A stretch of DNA of 24,799 nucleotides from a virus (Duplodnaviria > Caudoviricetes), in IMG/VR virus record IMGVR_UViG_3300023173_000970, positions 1-24,799 of that record; one strand, 5' to 3'. This document shows, one piece after another, positions 1 through 6,242 of this stretch. The notes below the pieces were generated by a model, which was given only the letters and a program-made list of their open reading frames with translations, searched no databases and was not told the DNA's origin. The translations under genes and the position numbers were made by a program. Every line of letters starts with the position of its first letter. Position 1 is the stretch's first letter.

Positions 1-19
1 GTGCAGCATGAGTGCTCAT
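1..19 (-). CDS. 5' end of a gene running off the window (MSTHAA...)
   Basis: ATG at 19-17 preceded by the SD-like AAGAAGG; continues the minus-strand operon. Confidence 0.55.
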
Positions 20-134
20 GCTTACCTTCTTGTACCCCACAACATCATGGATGGATCTCGCTTGAGTGAGGATCTCTAAATGTGGTGGAGCAAACATCCG
101 TGCCCTACCCCGCAGTTGCGGGTCACGCAGAATG

Positions 135-335
135 TCAGTCGCTATCTCTGCGATAGGCCGTCGGACCATAGAACACCTCCGTTACTTCATCTAATGGAAC
201 GATGCGCTCGTCGATGCGGTCGATGACCGCTTGCCATGCGGCAGCGATGAGCACTTCGCTTAGTGATACCTCGTCCTCGATGAATGTCTCGTGGACAAGT
301 TCACCGTCTTGCGTTACTTCAACGTGGTACATCAT
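135..335 (-). CDS. small acidic hypothetical phage protein (66 aa)
   Basis: ORF track; AAGGAGG immediately upstream of ATG; tightly packed in the operon. Confidence 0.85.
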   Translation of the reverse strand: MMYHVEVTQDGELVHETFIEDEVSLSEVLIAAAWQAVIDRIDERIVPLDEVTEVFYGPTAYRRDSD

Positions 336-474
336 CCTCCTTTACAAAGCCGCACTCGGGACAGCACCAAGCGCAGGACGTTGGACATTCGCTGTCGTCC
401 AGACAATCCATTCCAGTTTGAGTTTGCTTCTTGCACTCGTAACAGTAACTCGTCTGCTCTTCTGTGTCTAACAT
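319..474 (-). CDS. small Cys-rich Zn-ribbon protein (51 aa, MLDTEEQTSYCYECKK...CAWCCPECGFVKEDDVPR)
   Basis: Translated by hand (below the ORF-track cutoff); CxxC...CxxC motifs; GTGAGG SD; overlaps the next gene. Confidence 0.75.
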   Translation of the reverse strand: MLDTEEQTSYCYECKKQTQTGMDCLDDSECPTSCAWCCPECGFVKEDDVPR

Positions 475-483
475 TTGCCTCAC

Positions 484-585
484 CTACCCTGCAATCTCTT
501 CGTTGCAATCGGGACACAGCCACCCTGTTAGGTGCTGGTCTGTTCTGTCACACATGGCGCACATCGCATCAGGTGGATAGGCCAT
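484..585 (-). CDS. mini Zn-finger protein (33 aa, MAYPPDAMCAMCDRTDQHLTGWLCPDCNEEIAG)
   Basis: Translated by hand; AAAGGAG SD; two CxxC pairs; fills the gap between neighbours. Confidence 0.7.
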   Translation of the reverse strand: MAYPPDAMCAMCDRTDQHLTGWLCPDCNEEIAG

Positions 586-599
586 CACGCCTTCTCCTT

Positions 600-833
600 T
601 TACCATTGTGGGCTGAACTCTCCCCTGCTCATTACTGCTACAGGGTGCTGAGCGTTCGGGTCGATGTCGGGATCAACGTCGTCATCTTCTTCATCTTCGA
701 TGTCATCGAGGTAGCACCAGCCGTGCTCATGTTCACAACCAACATGCTTATTGATGTAGTCGTAATCGGGTGTGTAATCGCAACCCAAGCCGTCGGTGTG
801 ACCGCAGCATGGGTAATCCTCGCACCTACTCAT
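600..833 (-). CDS. Cys/His-rich acidic hypothetical protein (~77 aa, MSRCEDYPCCGH...)
   Basis: Internal ATG of ORF 600..917 with GGAGG SD, overlapping the upstream stop; RCEDxPCCG motif; acidic tail. Confidence 0.8.
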   Translation of the reverse strand: MSRCEDYPCCGHTDGLGCDYTPDYDYINKHVGCEHEHGWCYLDDIEDEEDDDVDPDIDPNAQHPVAVMSRGEFSPQW

Positions 834-1008
834 CATCCTCCACCTCGTCTTCCTCTTCTTCCTTGTGTGTTGTCCATACCTCGGCAACCATCTCAACGTC
901 GTTGATAGCCTGCTCAAGTGCTTCCTGGTGTGCGTCGCTTTCGTTATACTCTTCGATTGTGTATGTGTCGGTGTAGTGCAACCTAACTTTCACTTCATAA
1001 GTATTCAC
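826..1008 (-). CDS. small acidic hypothetical protein (60 aa)
   Basis: GTG start directly after the upstream stop; GGAGG SD; E/D-rich C-terminus. Confidence 0.8.
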   Translation of the reverse strand: MNTYEVKVRLHYTDTYTIEEYNESDAHQEALEQAINDVEMVAEVWTTHKEEEEDEVEDDE

Positions 1009-1338
1009 TTACTCAACCTCCTTATCTAGTTCTTCTTGATGATCTTTGATTGCTTGCCTCAAGTGATCCTCGATAGCGAGGAGGACCACGATGGTCATGC
1101 GTGTAAGGATTGACTGGAATGGAGTGAACAACTCCGCAGAACCCCACTCAAAGTCTTGAACCTCTGGGCTGCTGTTCCAAATGTCTATCACCTCGCTATG
1201 CCAGATGACGAACTCGCAACCATCAGCCGTCTCGTGAACCCACCTATCAACGTCATCACCAGGCAGGTCACCACTCTCAAAGGCATCCACTACCCACGAG
1301 TCGAGGGTCGCTTTCACCTCATCCCACTTGTTACTCAT
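1009..1338 (-). CDS. Ocr (T7 gp0.3)-like acidic DNA-mimic / anti-restriction protein (109 aa)
   Basis: About 26 D/E vs about 7 K/R; DDVDRWVHETADGCEFVIWHSEVIDI resembles Ocr [25 protein letters not shown] (from memory); similar size; early-region context. Confidence 0.6.
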   Translation of the reverse strand: MSNKWDEVKATLDSWVVDAFESGDLPGDDVDRWVHETADGCEFVIWHSEVIDIWNSSPEVQDFEWGSAELFTPFQSILTRMTIVVLLAIEDHLRQAIKDHQEELDKEVE

Positions 1339-1558
1339 CGAAGGAACCTCCCCTTTGAGCCAAAGGCTCGGTCATACGAGGCTCGTTCCAGTTACGGACG
1401 ACATACTGATGGGCGCTCTGACTGCTCTCTATATCTACTGAATCGGCTTCGTACAGCCCAACCTCGTATCCGTGGGCAAAGAAAGTCTCATTGAAGAATC
1501 GAATGAGACCTTCCTCGTCGTTGAACATGAGGTTGAGAACGAACGGTTTGTTACTCAT
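1331..1558 (-). CDS. hypothetical protein (75 aa)
   Basis: ORF track; AGAAAGG SD; overlaps the next gene. Confidence 0.8.
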   Translation of the reverse strand: MSNKPFVLNLMFNDEEGLIRFFNETFFAHGYEVGLYEADSVDIESSQSAHQYVVRNWNEPRMTEPLAQRGGSFDE

Positions 1559-1570
1559 ACCTACCTTTCT

Positions 1571-1645
1571 TGTTGAACGATCTGTCCAACATGGCGAAGG
1601 TCAGAGCCGAAGCCCTGACCTCCACCATACTCACAGATCCGTCAA
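1571..1645 (-). ncRNA. intergenic long UUCG hairpin with overlapping alternative 3' hairpin (element E5)
   Basis: GAUCUGU-G-AGUAUGGUG-GAGGUCAGGGC-UUCG-GCUCUGACCUU-CGCCAUGUU-GG-ACAGAUC; alternative stem UGUUGGAC/GUUCAACA; G:U pairs only on the minus strand. Confidence 0.7.
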
Positions 1646-1656
1646 TCATGCTGCAT

Positions 1657-2598
1657 TTAGCACTCAACCACATCGCTTACTTGATAGTCGTCAATGGTGA
1701 TTATGTGGTCACCCTCTCTCACCTCCGAGTTAACTAGGCTGTCGTCAATGTACGAACTAGCCTCATCACCGACGATTGACTCCGCATCTTGCTCGTTGCG
1801 TGCTGTCACGGAGATAGTGACAGGCACCGTCATCGTGACTGTCACATCAACGGTTACGTCATACTCCTTCTCACGAGGAGAGATGTAAGCGATCTTCGAC
1901 TCGCCATTGAACTGGTCTATGAACTGGTCGTACTCATTACACCAGTTACGGCTCTCGGCCTCCTGCTCAAGCATCGAACCGATCAGGTCAATGTCTGAGG
2001 AGTAATCCCGCTTCTGCTTCGTCATCTCCCAAAGCCGCATACTCACGCTGTGAAACTCATGGAACAACGTGGCACGAGTTTCCGACTCGGGATTGGGGAC
2101 AGACTCAGCAAATGTCCACGGCAAGCGGGTACTCCTACCAGCAGGCATCGCAAACTTGACCTGCTCTGTGTCGTCAGGCTTCTGCCGTGACTTGACCTCA
2201 CCCGTGACCACGACGCTGCCTTGAGAGTGATCCTCACCGTAAACCCAAGCAACATCAGTGACCGTTACTGTGTGTTCGGCAATAGATTGAGCATCCCTGA
2301 GAGAGTTGTAGCGATCCCAACGGTACTCATAAGGGAACTCTGGCTCATTACCGACCAGGATCTTGTCACCAATCATGGGGACGAAAGCGATCTGGTCGAA
2401 GTGAACCCAGCGATATTCGTCAGACCCCTCCTCACGGAAGTACCAGCGATCCTCACCGCTTTTGTAGTTAGCGTAACCCTTCTTGCCAATCATCGCGTCG
2501 GTGTAACCAGCCACGCTTGGTGCCTTTATGAACGCACGCGACTCGTTGTATCGAAGGGGGTTGCTCGATACAGCATCATCGTAAGTAATCGTACTCAT
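1657..2598 (-). CDS. hypothetical phage protein (313 aa, MSTITYDD...)
   Basis: ORF 1657..2676; the ATG at 2598 has an AGGAG SD, and the upstream extension lies inside a structured element. Confidence 0.85.
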   Translation of the reverse strand: MSTITYDDAVSSNPLRYNESRAFIKAPSVAGYTDAMIGKKGYANYKSGEDRWYFREEGSDEYRWVHFDQIAFVPMIGDKILVGNEPEFPYEYRWDRYNSLRDAQSIAEHTVTVTDVAWVYGEDHSQGSVVVTGEVKSRQKPDDTEQVKFAMPAGRSTRLPWTFAESVPNPESETRATLFHEFHSVSMRLWEMTKQKRDYSSDIDLIGSMLEQEAESRNWCNEYDQFIDQFNGESKIAYISPREKEYDVTVDVTVTMTVPVTISVTARNEQDAESIVGDEASSYIDDSLVNSEVREGDHIITIDDYQVSDVVEC

Positions 2599-2618
2599 TC
2601 TTACTCCTGTTATCTCAC

Positions 2619-2683
2619 CATCTATGCACGTTACATAGATGAGAAGGAGGGCAGGTTGCCCTGCCCCCCAACTCACTCATGCA
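2619..2683 (-). ncRNA. intergenic irregular GCAA-loop hairpin with alternative 3' hairpin (element E4)
   Basis: UGCAU-GAG-UGAG-UU-GGGGGCAGG-GCAA-CCUGCCCUC-CUU-CUCA-UCU-AUGUA; alternative stem CAUCUAUGUA/UGCAUAGAUG. Confidence 0.65.
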
Positions 2684-2696
2684 CCCTGCTATTACC

Positions 2697-2864
2697 TCAG
2701 TAAACGCCCACCCCTAACATTTGATGAGGCGTGCGCTCGAAGTTCACATCTTCTAAATAATCTAAGACTTCTTCAGCGTCCAAGTTGTCGGGGACACTTA
2801 CAACTACACAATCTTCTACGGGCATGTAAGTACCCGTTCCTTCGTGATACCAAACCATGCTCAT
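2697..2864 (-). CDS. small acidic hypothetical protein (55 aa, MSMVWYHEGTGTYMPVEDCVVV...)
   Basis: Translated by hand; ATGA overlap with the upstream stop; fills the gap. Confidence 0.75.
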   Translation of the reverse strand: MSMVWYHEGTGTYMPVEDCVVVSVPDNLDAEEVLDYLEDVNFERTPHQMLGVGVY

Positions 2865-3061
2865 ACCAACTCACGCTCTCCTTCATTGATCTCCCATGCT
2901 GCACGTTGAGCAGCGAACTCAGTCATGAAGTCACCTTGAGAGCCGTCACCACCCTCATTCCTCGTCGGCAAGTGGATCAGTTCATAACCGTAGTTGCCGT
3001 TGTAAGGGTCATGAACAATCCACCACTCACCATCAGAGGAGAAGAACTCCACTCGTTCCAT
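2861..3061 (-). CDS. hypothetical protein (66 aa, MERVEFFSSDGEWW...)
   Basis: Internal ATG of ORF 2861..3163 with GAGG SD, just after the upstream stop. Confidence 0.75.
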   Translation of the reverse strand: MERVEFFSSDGEWWIVHDPYNGNYGYELIHLPTRNEGGDGSQGDFMTEFAAQRAAWEINEGERELV

Positions 3062-3062
3062 G

Positions 3063-3173
3063 TCATACCTCGCAATCGTGTCCGTAGTGCCATTCCTGAC
3101 GGTCAATCCCATCAGCCATATCGAACACTCGATCACACTCCTCGCACTTCTGATACAAGCCAATGCCCAGCAT
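3063..3173 (-). CDS. mini C2HC Zn-finger protein (36 aa, MLGIGLYQKCEECDRVFDMADGIDRQEWHYGHDCEV)
   Basis: Translated by hand; TAATG overlap with the upstream stop; CxxC...HxC motif. Confidence 0.75.
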   Translation of the reverse strand: MLGIGLYQKCEECDRVFDMADGIDRQEWHYGHDCEV

Positions 3174-3559
3174 TAGTCGAGCCTGCTCTCTACCCAAGCG
3201 TCAATGTCATGAGACTGAAGCACACCAACAAAGGCATGGGCATAAGCACACTTGATCTCATACGATTGACCGCCCTCATGGACAGAGATAGCAAGCCCAC
3301 TCGGGTAGCCCTTCCGAGCCACACCAGCAGCCTTAGCCCATCTGCCCCAACCTGTATTGCCCTTGAAGCAGATAGAAGCGAAGCCACACACACCTTGAGG
3401 GACGTAGTACGTCGGCTTAGTCTCGTCAATCGTGTCATCGAACAGCGACTTCGCTGTCCCCACGATCATCGGAACCGGAACCTTCGCATTGGCGGCTTCC
3501 ATAGCAGCCTCATGCGCCTCAATGTAGATGGCCCCATAGTTCTTGTCATACCAACTCAT
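3173..3559 (-). CDS. conserved-type phage hypothetical protein (128 aa; CGFA...QS..K.AYA.AF..VL...SRLD)
   Basis: ATG at 3559 with AAAGAGG SD; motif pattern recalled from phage early proteins; function unknown. Confidence 0.85.
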   Translation of the reverse strand: MSWYDKNYGAIYIEAHEAAMEAANAKVPVPMIVGTAKSLFDDTIDETKPTYYVPQGVCGFASICFKGNTGWGRWAKAAGVARKGYPSGLAISVHEGGQSYEIKCAYAHAFVGVLQSHDIDAWVESRLD

Positions 3560-3584
3560 CTTGATACCTCTTTCTCTTGAACGT

Positions 3585-3641
3585 AGCGTTGTTGCCACGC
3601 TCAGGGAAGCCACCCGAAGGTGGCAACCCTCAACTTGGCAA
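3585..3641 (-). ncRNA. intergenic irregular UUCG hairpin with alternative 3' hairpin (element E3)
   Basis: UUGCCA-AGUUG-AGGG-UU-GCCACC-UUCG-GGUGGC-UU-CCCU-GAGCG-UGGCAA; alternative stem AGCGU/ACGCU. Confidence 0.65.
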
Positions 3642-4064
3642 GTTGCTTCTGATGTTGGCGATGTGCTCTTGATGTTGCTTGTCTTGAAGGTGCTTCACTT
3701 GTCGCAAAGCGAGCAGATGGATACACCATTGCAAGTAAGGATCAGTCCGTAACGCCTGCTGTCTACTGTCCTTGCCGCCCGTAAAAAGGGTGGTGCTGTG
3801 ATAGTCGCCGTCCTCGCCGAAGCGAGCGACAACCTGAGTGCCCCGACCGTCCCAACCTTGGTGAACACAGACGTAGCAGTCCCACCTTCTCTGCTCCCTC
3901 TGAAGTTCACCATCAACCCTCGGCACCCACATCGTTTCTTCGATGATCTGCCCTATGGGTTCACAGTTGTCGCAATCGTGACGGTGGCGGTACTGCGGAA
4001 GCCTTGGCGTTTCGATGTATTCCATGACCTCGTACACCATGCGGCGGCCCTCGTCACTCATCAC
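3630..4064 (-). CDS. hypothetical protein with HDCxxC / YxC metal-binding motif (~144 aa)
   Basis: ORF track; overlaps the upstream stop; HDCDNC...DCYVC...VVARFGEDGDYHS. Confidence 0.85.
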   Translation of the reverse strand: MMSDEGRRMVYEVMEYIETPRLPQYRHRHDCDNCEPIGQIIEETMWVPRVDGELQREQRRWDCYVCVHQGWDGRGTQVVARFGEDGDYHSTTLFTGGKDSRQQALRTDPYLQWCIHLLALRQVKHLQDKQHQEHIANIRSNLPS

Positions 4065-4221
4065 TTACCCTCTCGATTACAACCGCCTCGACTACAACGT
4101 CGTCGTAGCCGTCGTTCTTGAGGATCTGAGCAGTTAGGTCTGCCGCCTCTTTAGTCATGTAGTAGTCGGCCTCTACGCCACCAACCCACACAACAAAGTG
4201 CGCTTCACTCCTGGTACTCAT
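4054..4221 (-). CDS. small hypothetical protein (55 aa, ...VVWVGGVEADYY...GYDDVVVE)
   Basis: Internal ATG of ORF 4054..4362 with AGGAG SD. Confidence 0.8.
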   Translation of the reverse strand: MSTRSEAHFVVWVGGVEADYYMTKEAADLTAQILKNDGYDDVVVEAVVIERVSDE

Positions 4222-4237
4222 CTCGCTACTCCTAACT

Positions 4238-4299
4238 CCCTGGTGATCTGCCAGGGTGAAAGACAGGGGCCGAAGCCCCTGCCTAACAGAATGGCAGAT
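4238..4299 (-). ncRNA. intergenic irregular UUCG hairpin with alternative 3' hairpin (element E2)
   Basis: AUCUGCCA-UUC-UG-UU-AGGCAGGGGC-UUCG-GCCCCUGUCU-UU-CA-CCC-UGGCAGAU; alternative stem CCCUGG/CCAGGG. Confidence 0.7.
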
Positions 4300-4306
4300 A
4301 ACTAGA

Positions 4307-4606
4307 TCACCCTGCAATCCATTCAGGCTCAATCTCCTTGTAGGCGGCAATCTCAGCCTCATGGACAGCCCTTTCTTCAGCCTGCTCAGCAGCCAACTCT
4401 GGGTCGGTCGGCTGGCAACCAGTCATATCGAAGGGCACTTCGTAGCCGTCAGATGACGACATGCACAACTGAGCCAAGAACCAGTTAAACTCGTCTTGTG
4501 CCCTGACTGCTGCGGTGTCTGCGTCACCCGCTTCGGTAACGATGTGGATAATCGCTTCGACCTTTGCGTCGTTTCTGACGTAACGATAGGTAGTACAATG
4601 CTCCAT
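4307..4606 (-). CDS. acidic hypothetical protein (99 aa)
   Basis: ORF track; AAGGAG SD. Confidence 0.85.
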   Translation of the reverse strand: MEHCTTYRYVRNDAKVEAIIHIVTEAGDADTAAVRAQDEFNWFLAQLCMSSSDGYEVPFDMTGCQPTDPELAAEQAEERAVHEAEIAAYKEIEPEWIAG

Positions 4607-4627
4607 CGTGATACTCCTTGATCGCTA

Positions 4628-4692
4628 AGTTGGCCTATCTGACCAACTGAAAGAGCCAGGGTCGAAACCCTGGCCCAATCAGAACGTCAGAC
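4628..4692 (-). ncRNA. intergenic irregular UUCG hairpin with alternative 3' hairpin (element E1)
   Basis: GUCUGAC-GUU-CUGA-UU-GGGCCAGGGU-UUCG-ACCCUGGCUC-UU-UCAG-UUG-GUCAGAU; alternative stem AGUUGGUC/GGCCAACU; begins right after the TAG stop. Confidence 0.7.
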
Positions 4693-4956
4693 CTAATACT
4701 TGTATCCAGGACAGTCCTGCTCACCAAGAAGGTGTCCCTCGGCGTAGCACACCGGACAGACCCACTTGATATCCCTCTGCCGCATACAGACTTCGAGAGC
4801 CATCGGCAGCGGAACCCTGCTCGACGACGACAGACCCTCGAACCGTGGGAAGTACCGCCGAAGGTCAGTCAGAACGTCCCTCGATAACAGACCGAGGAAC
4901 ATCGCAACCTCGTAGACTCTCGGCCCACGTTCCACCGTCCACTTCTGCTTAGCCAT
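4693..4956 (-). CDS. hypothetical protein with C-terminal CCHC zinc knuckle (87 aa)
   Basis: GAAAGGAG SD; CPVCYAEGHLLGEQDC. Confidence 0.85.
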   Translation of the reverse strand: MAKQKWTVERGPRVYEVAMFLGLLSRDVLTDLRRYFPRFEGLSSSSRVPLPMALEVCMRQRDIKWVCPVCYAEGHLLGEQDCPGYKY

Positions 4957-4972
4957 ACTGATCTCCTTTCAG

Positions 4973-5026
4973 AGGCTCATCAGCACCGTCATCAACGGTG
5001 GACACCCCCGAAGGGGTGTTTCGCCT
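4973..5026 (-). ncRNA. type II hammerhead self-cleaving ribozyme; predicted cut after GUC, between 5001 and 5000
   Basis: AGGC-GAAA-CACCCC-UUCG-GGGGUG-UC^-CACCGU-UGAUG-ACGGUG-CUGAUGA-GCCU: full CUGAUGA/GAAA/GUC core with three perfectly paired stems, stem II open. Confidence 0.93.
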
Positions 5027-5239
5027 TTAGGCATTTGACAACTTGCGGATCAGGTCAGAAGCCCCACCCTTGGTCTTGACGTTGGGCAGGTCAGCGATCT
5101 TGAGCGACTGCTCGTAGCAGAGCGTCGAGATCTTCCTGATCTGAGCAGCCGTAGCAGGGTCTTTCCGCCAATCCCTCTTAGGCTTGACCGTCCTGGTCTT
5201 GCCGTTGGCGAGGGTCACGGTGAAGGATTGCTTAGCCAT
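5027..5239 (-). CDS. small basic protein, first gene of the early operon (70 aa; PATAAQ...TKGGASDLIRKL, DUF3072-like helical motif)
   Basis: ORF track; GAAAGAGAG SD; motif resemblance from memory. Confidence 0.85.
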   Translation of the reverse strand: MAKQSFTVTLANGKTRTVKPKRDWRKDPATAAQIRKISTLCYEQSLKIADLPNVKTKGGASDLIRKLSNA

Positions 5240-5266
5240 TTTGATCTCTCTTTCATCTTGCAGGGT

Positions 5267-5317
5267 GTAACCGGCAGGGTGTTCTGTCGGCTACTTCCAT
5301 TCCATCATGCACGTCAA
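5267..5317 (-). promoter_or_regulatory. candidate early promoter region and 5' leader hairpin
   Basis: TTGACG at 5317-5312 (-35-like), but no good -10 at 17-18 bp; hairpin TAGCCGACAG/CTGCCGGTTA upstream of the first gene. Confidence 0.3.
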
Positions 5318-5337
5318 ATCAGGGGGGCATACCAGGG

Positions 5338-5419
5338 CAAAACGGACACTCCAGGGGGCACAGGGGACAGGTCCGTGCTCAAGCCCCAGGCAAAGAGGGA
5401 ATAAGCCACAAAACGGACA
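5338..5419. repeat. 11-bp direct repeat CAAAACGGACA (5338-5348, 5409-5419)
   Basis: Exact match seen twice, 71 bp apart, in the divergent non-coding region. Confidence 0.7.
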
Positions 5420-5621
5420 GCACACTACCCCAATAGGTGCAGAAACGCACGACCTGGGGGGGTTTTAAGCAAGCCCCCCCGTGGGGTGTGTACAGACCTG
5501 AGAAAAATTTTGACCAGAAACCCGCGTGTTTGCAGGGTGTTGAAAGTTTTTGTTTCTTGGGGGGTTGCTTTTTGTGAATTGCCAGACTACAGGGTTATTA
5601 GTAGAAGCCTTTTTTTACTAA

Positions 5622-5644
5622 GCCTCCCCGCCTTTAGGGGAGGC
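5622..5644. other. GC-rich inverted repeat GCCTCCCC-N7-GGGGAGGC
   Basis: 8-bp perfect stem flanked by T-rich tracts; role unclear. Confidence 0.45.
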
Positions 5645-5719
5645 GGCGGGTCGGCTTTGTTTGTGATTGTTCGACCGAGTTCCGCGAGGTCGTGGGACGC
5701 TCGCGTCACTTTGAGCAGG

Positions 5720-5725
5720 TAGAAT
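5720..5725 (+). promoter_or_regulatory. candidate -10 element (TAGAAT) for the morphogenesis operon
   Basis: TANNNT match ~55 bp before the first ATG, followed by the hairpin GGAACG/CGTTCC; no clear -35. Confidence 0.3.
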
Positions 5726-5780
5726 ATGGGAACGGTCACAACGTTCCTGTGATTTATCCCCACTTTTAGGTGGGTGAGTT

Positions 5781-6242
5781 ATGTCCAGAGTGAGTTCGTT
5801 ACTGCGCTCGTTTGATCCGTTCGCTTCCTGCGTCAGCGACGCTGCGATTTTCTACGCGGTGGAGGAGAAGTCCTCCGCATGGTGGGATCGGAACGTTTGG
5901 CATTTTGTTCGGCTTGATGGTTCTGGCTGCGCCATTTGGCGCGGCGCATTGCAGGCCAATCAGAACATTGGCGGTAGGTCTTTATCTCACCCGTTGGTCG
6001 AGTTGAAGGTCGCCGGTTACACATCTTTTATCCCGTTGAGGACGCGCCGGTTGTTGTGGGCGTGGGCGTATGGGTACGAGACGCTGCCCGATGGGAAGCA
6101 GACAGATTTCTCCACCGACGAGGTTATCTCGATGACCTGCTGGAACCACTTGTGCGTGAGCGCACAGCACATGGAGAAGGTTGATCGGACGGAGTTGGGT
6201 TACAAGACATGGGCCAAGGAGACAGGTCAGGTCGCCGGGTAG
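5781..6242 (+). CDS. HNH/His-Cys-box endonuclease-like protein, catalytic motif degenerate (153 aa)
   Basis: GCAIWRGA...RRLLWAWAYG...LPDG...ISMTCWNHLCVSAQHME matches the CWxWxG...HR...HxCxNxxCVNPxHL pattern with substitutions. Confidence 0.7.
   Translation: MSRVSSLLRSFDPFASCVSDAAIFYAVEEKSSAWWDRNVWHFVRLDGSGCAIWRGALQANQNIGGRSLSHPLVELKVAGYTSFIPLRTRRLLWAWAYGYETLPDGKQTDFSTDEVISMTCWNHLCVSAQHMEKVDRTELGYKTWAKETGQVAG

Noticed and set aside
2599-2676. Upstream start extensions given by the ORF track (also 3560-3613, 4222-4362, 13169-13204, 17799-17864, 22642-22692)
   Set aside because: They run through structured RNA elements or upstream genes; downstream ATGs have proper SDs or translational coupling
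2639-3580. 313-aa plus-strand ORF (also 291..905 and 2221..2703)
   Set aside because: Antisense to a tightly packed minus-strand operon whose genes have SDs and stop/start overlaps
3609-4674. Plus-strand CGAAG/CGAAA-loop hairpins as N4-type ssDNA hairpin promoters
   Set aside because: Stems contain G:U pairs that only work on the minus-strand RNA, and no virion RNA polymerase is recognisable
1571-4692. Elements E1-E5 as known ribozymes (pistol, twister, HDV/theta) or CRISPR repeats
   Set aside because: Conserved cores of those classes not found by eye; copies differ in sequence and are separated by genes, not spacers
5486-5722. 78-aa plus-strand ORF as a small terminase
   Set aside because: GTG start without SD; lies in a T-tract and hairpin-rich region; sequence not terS-like
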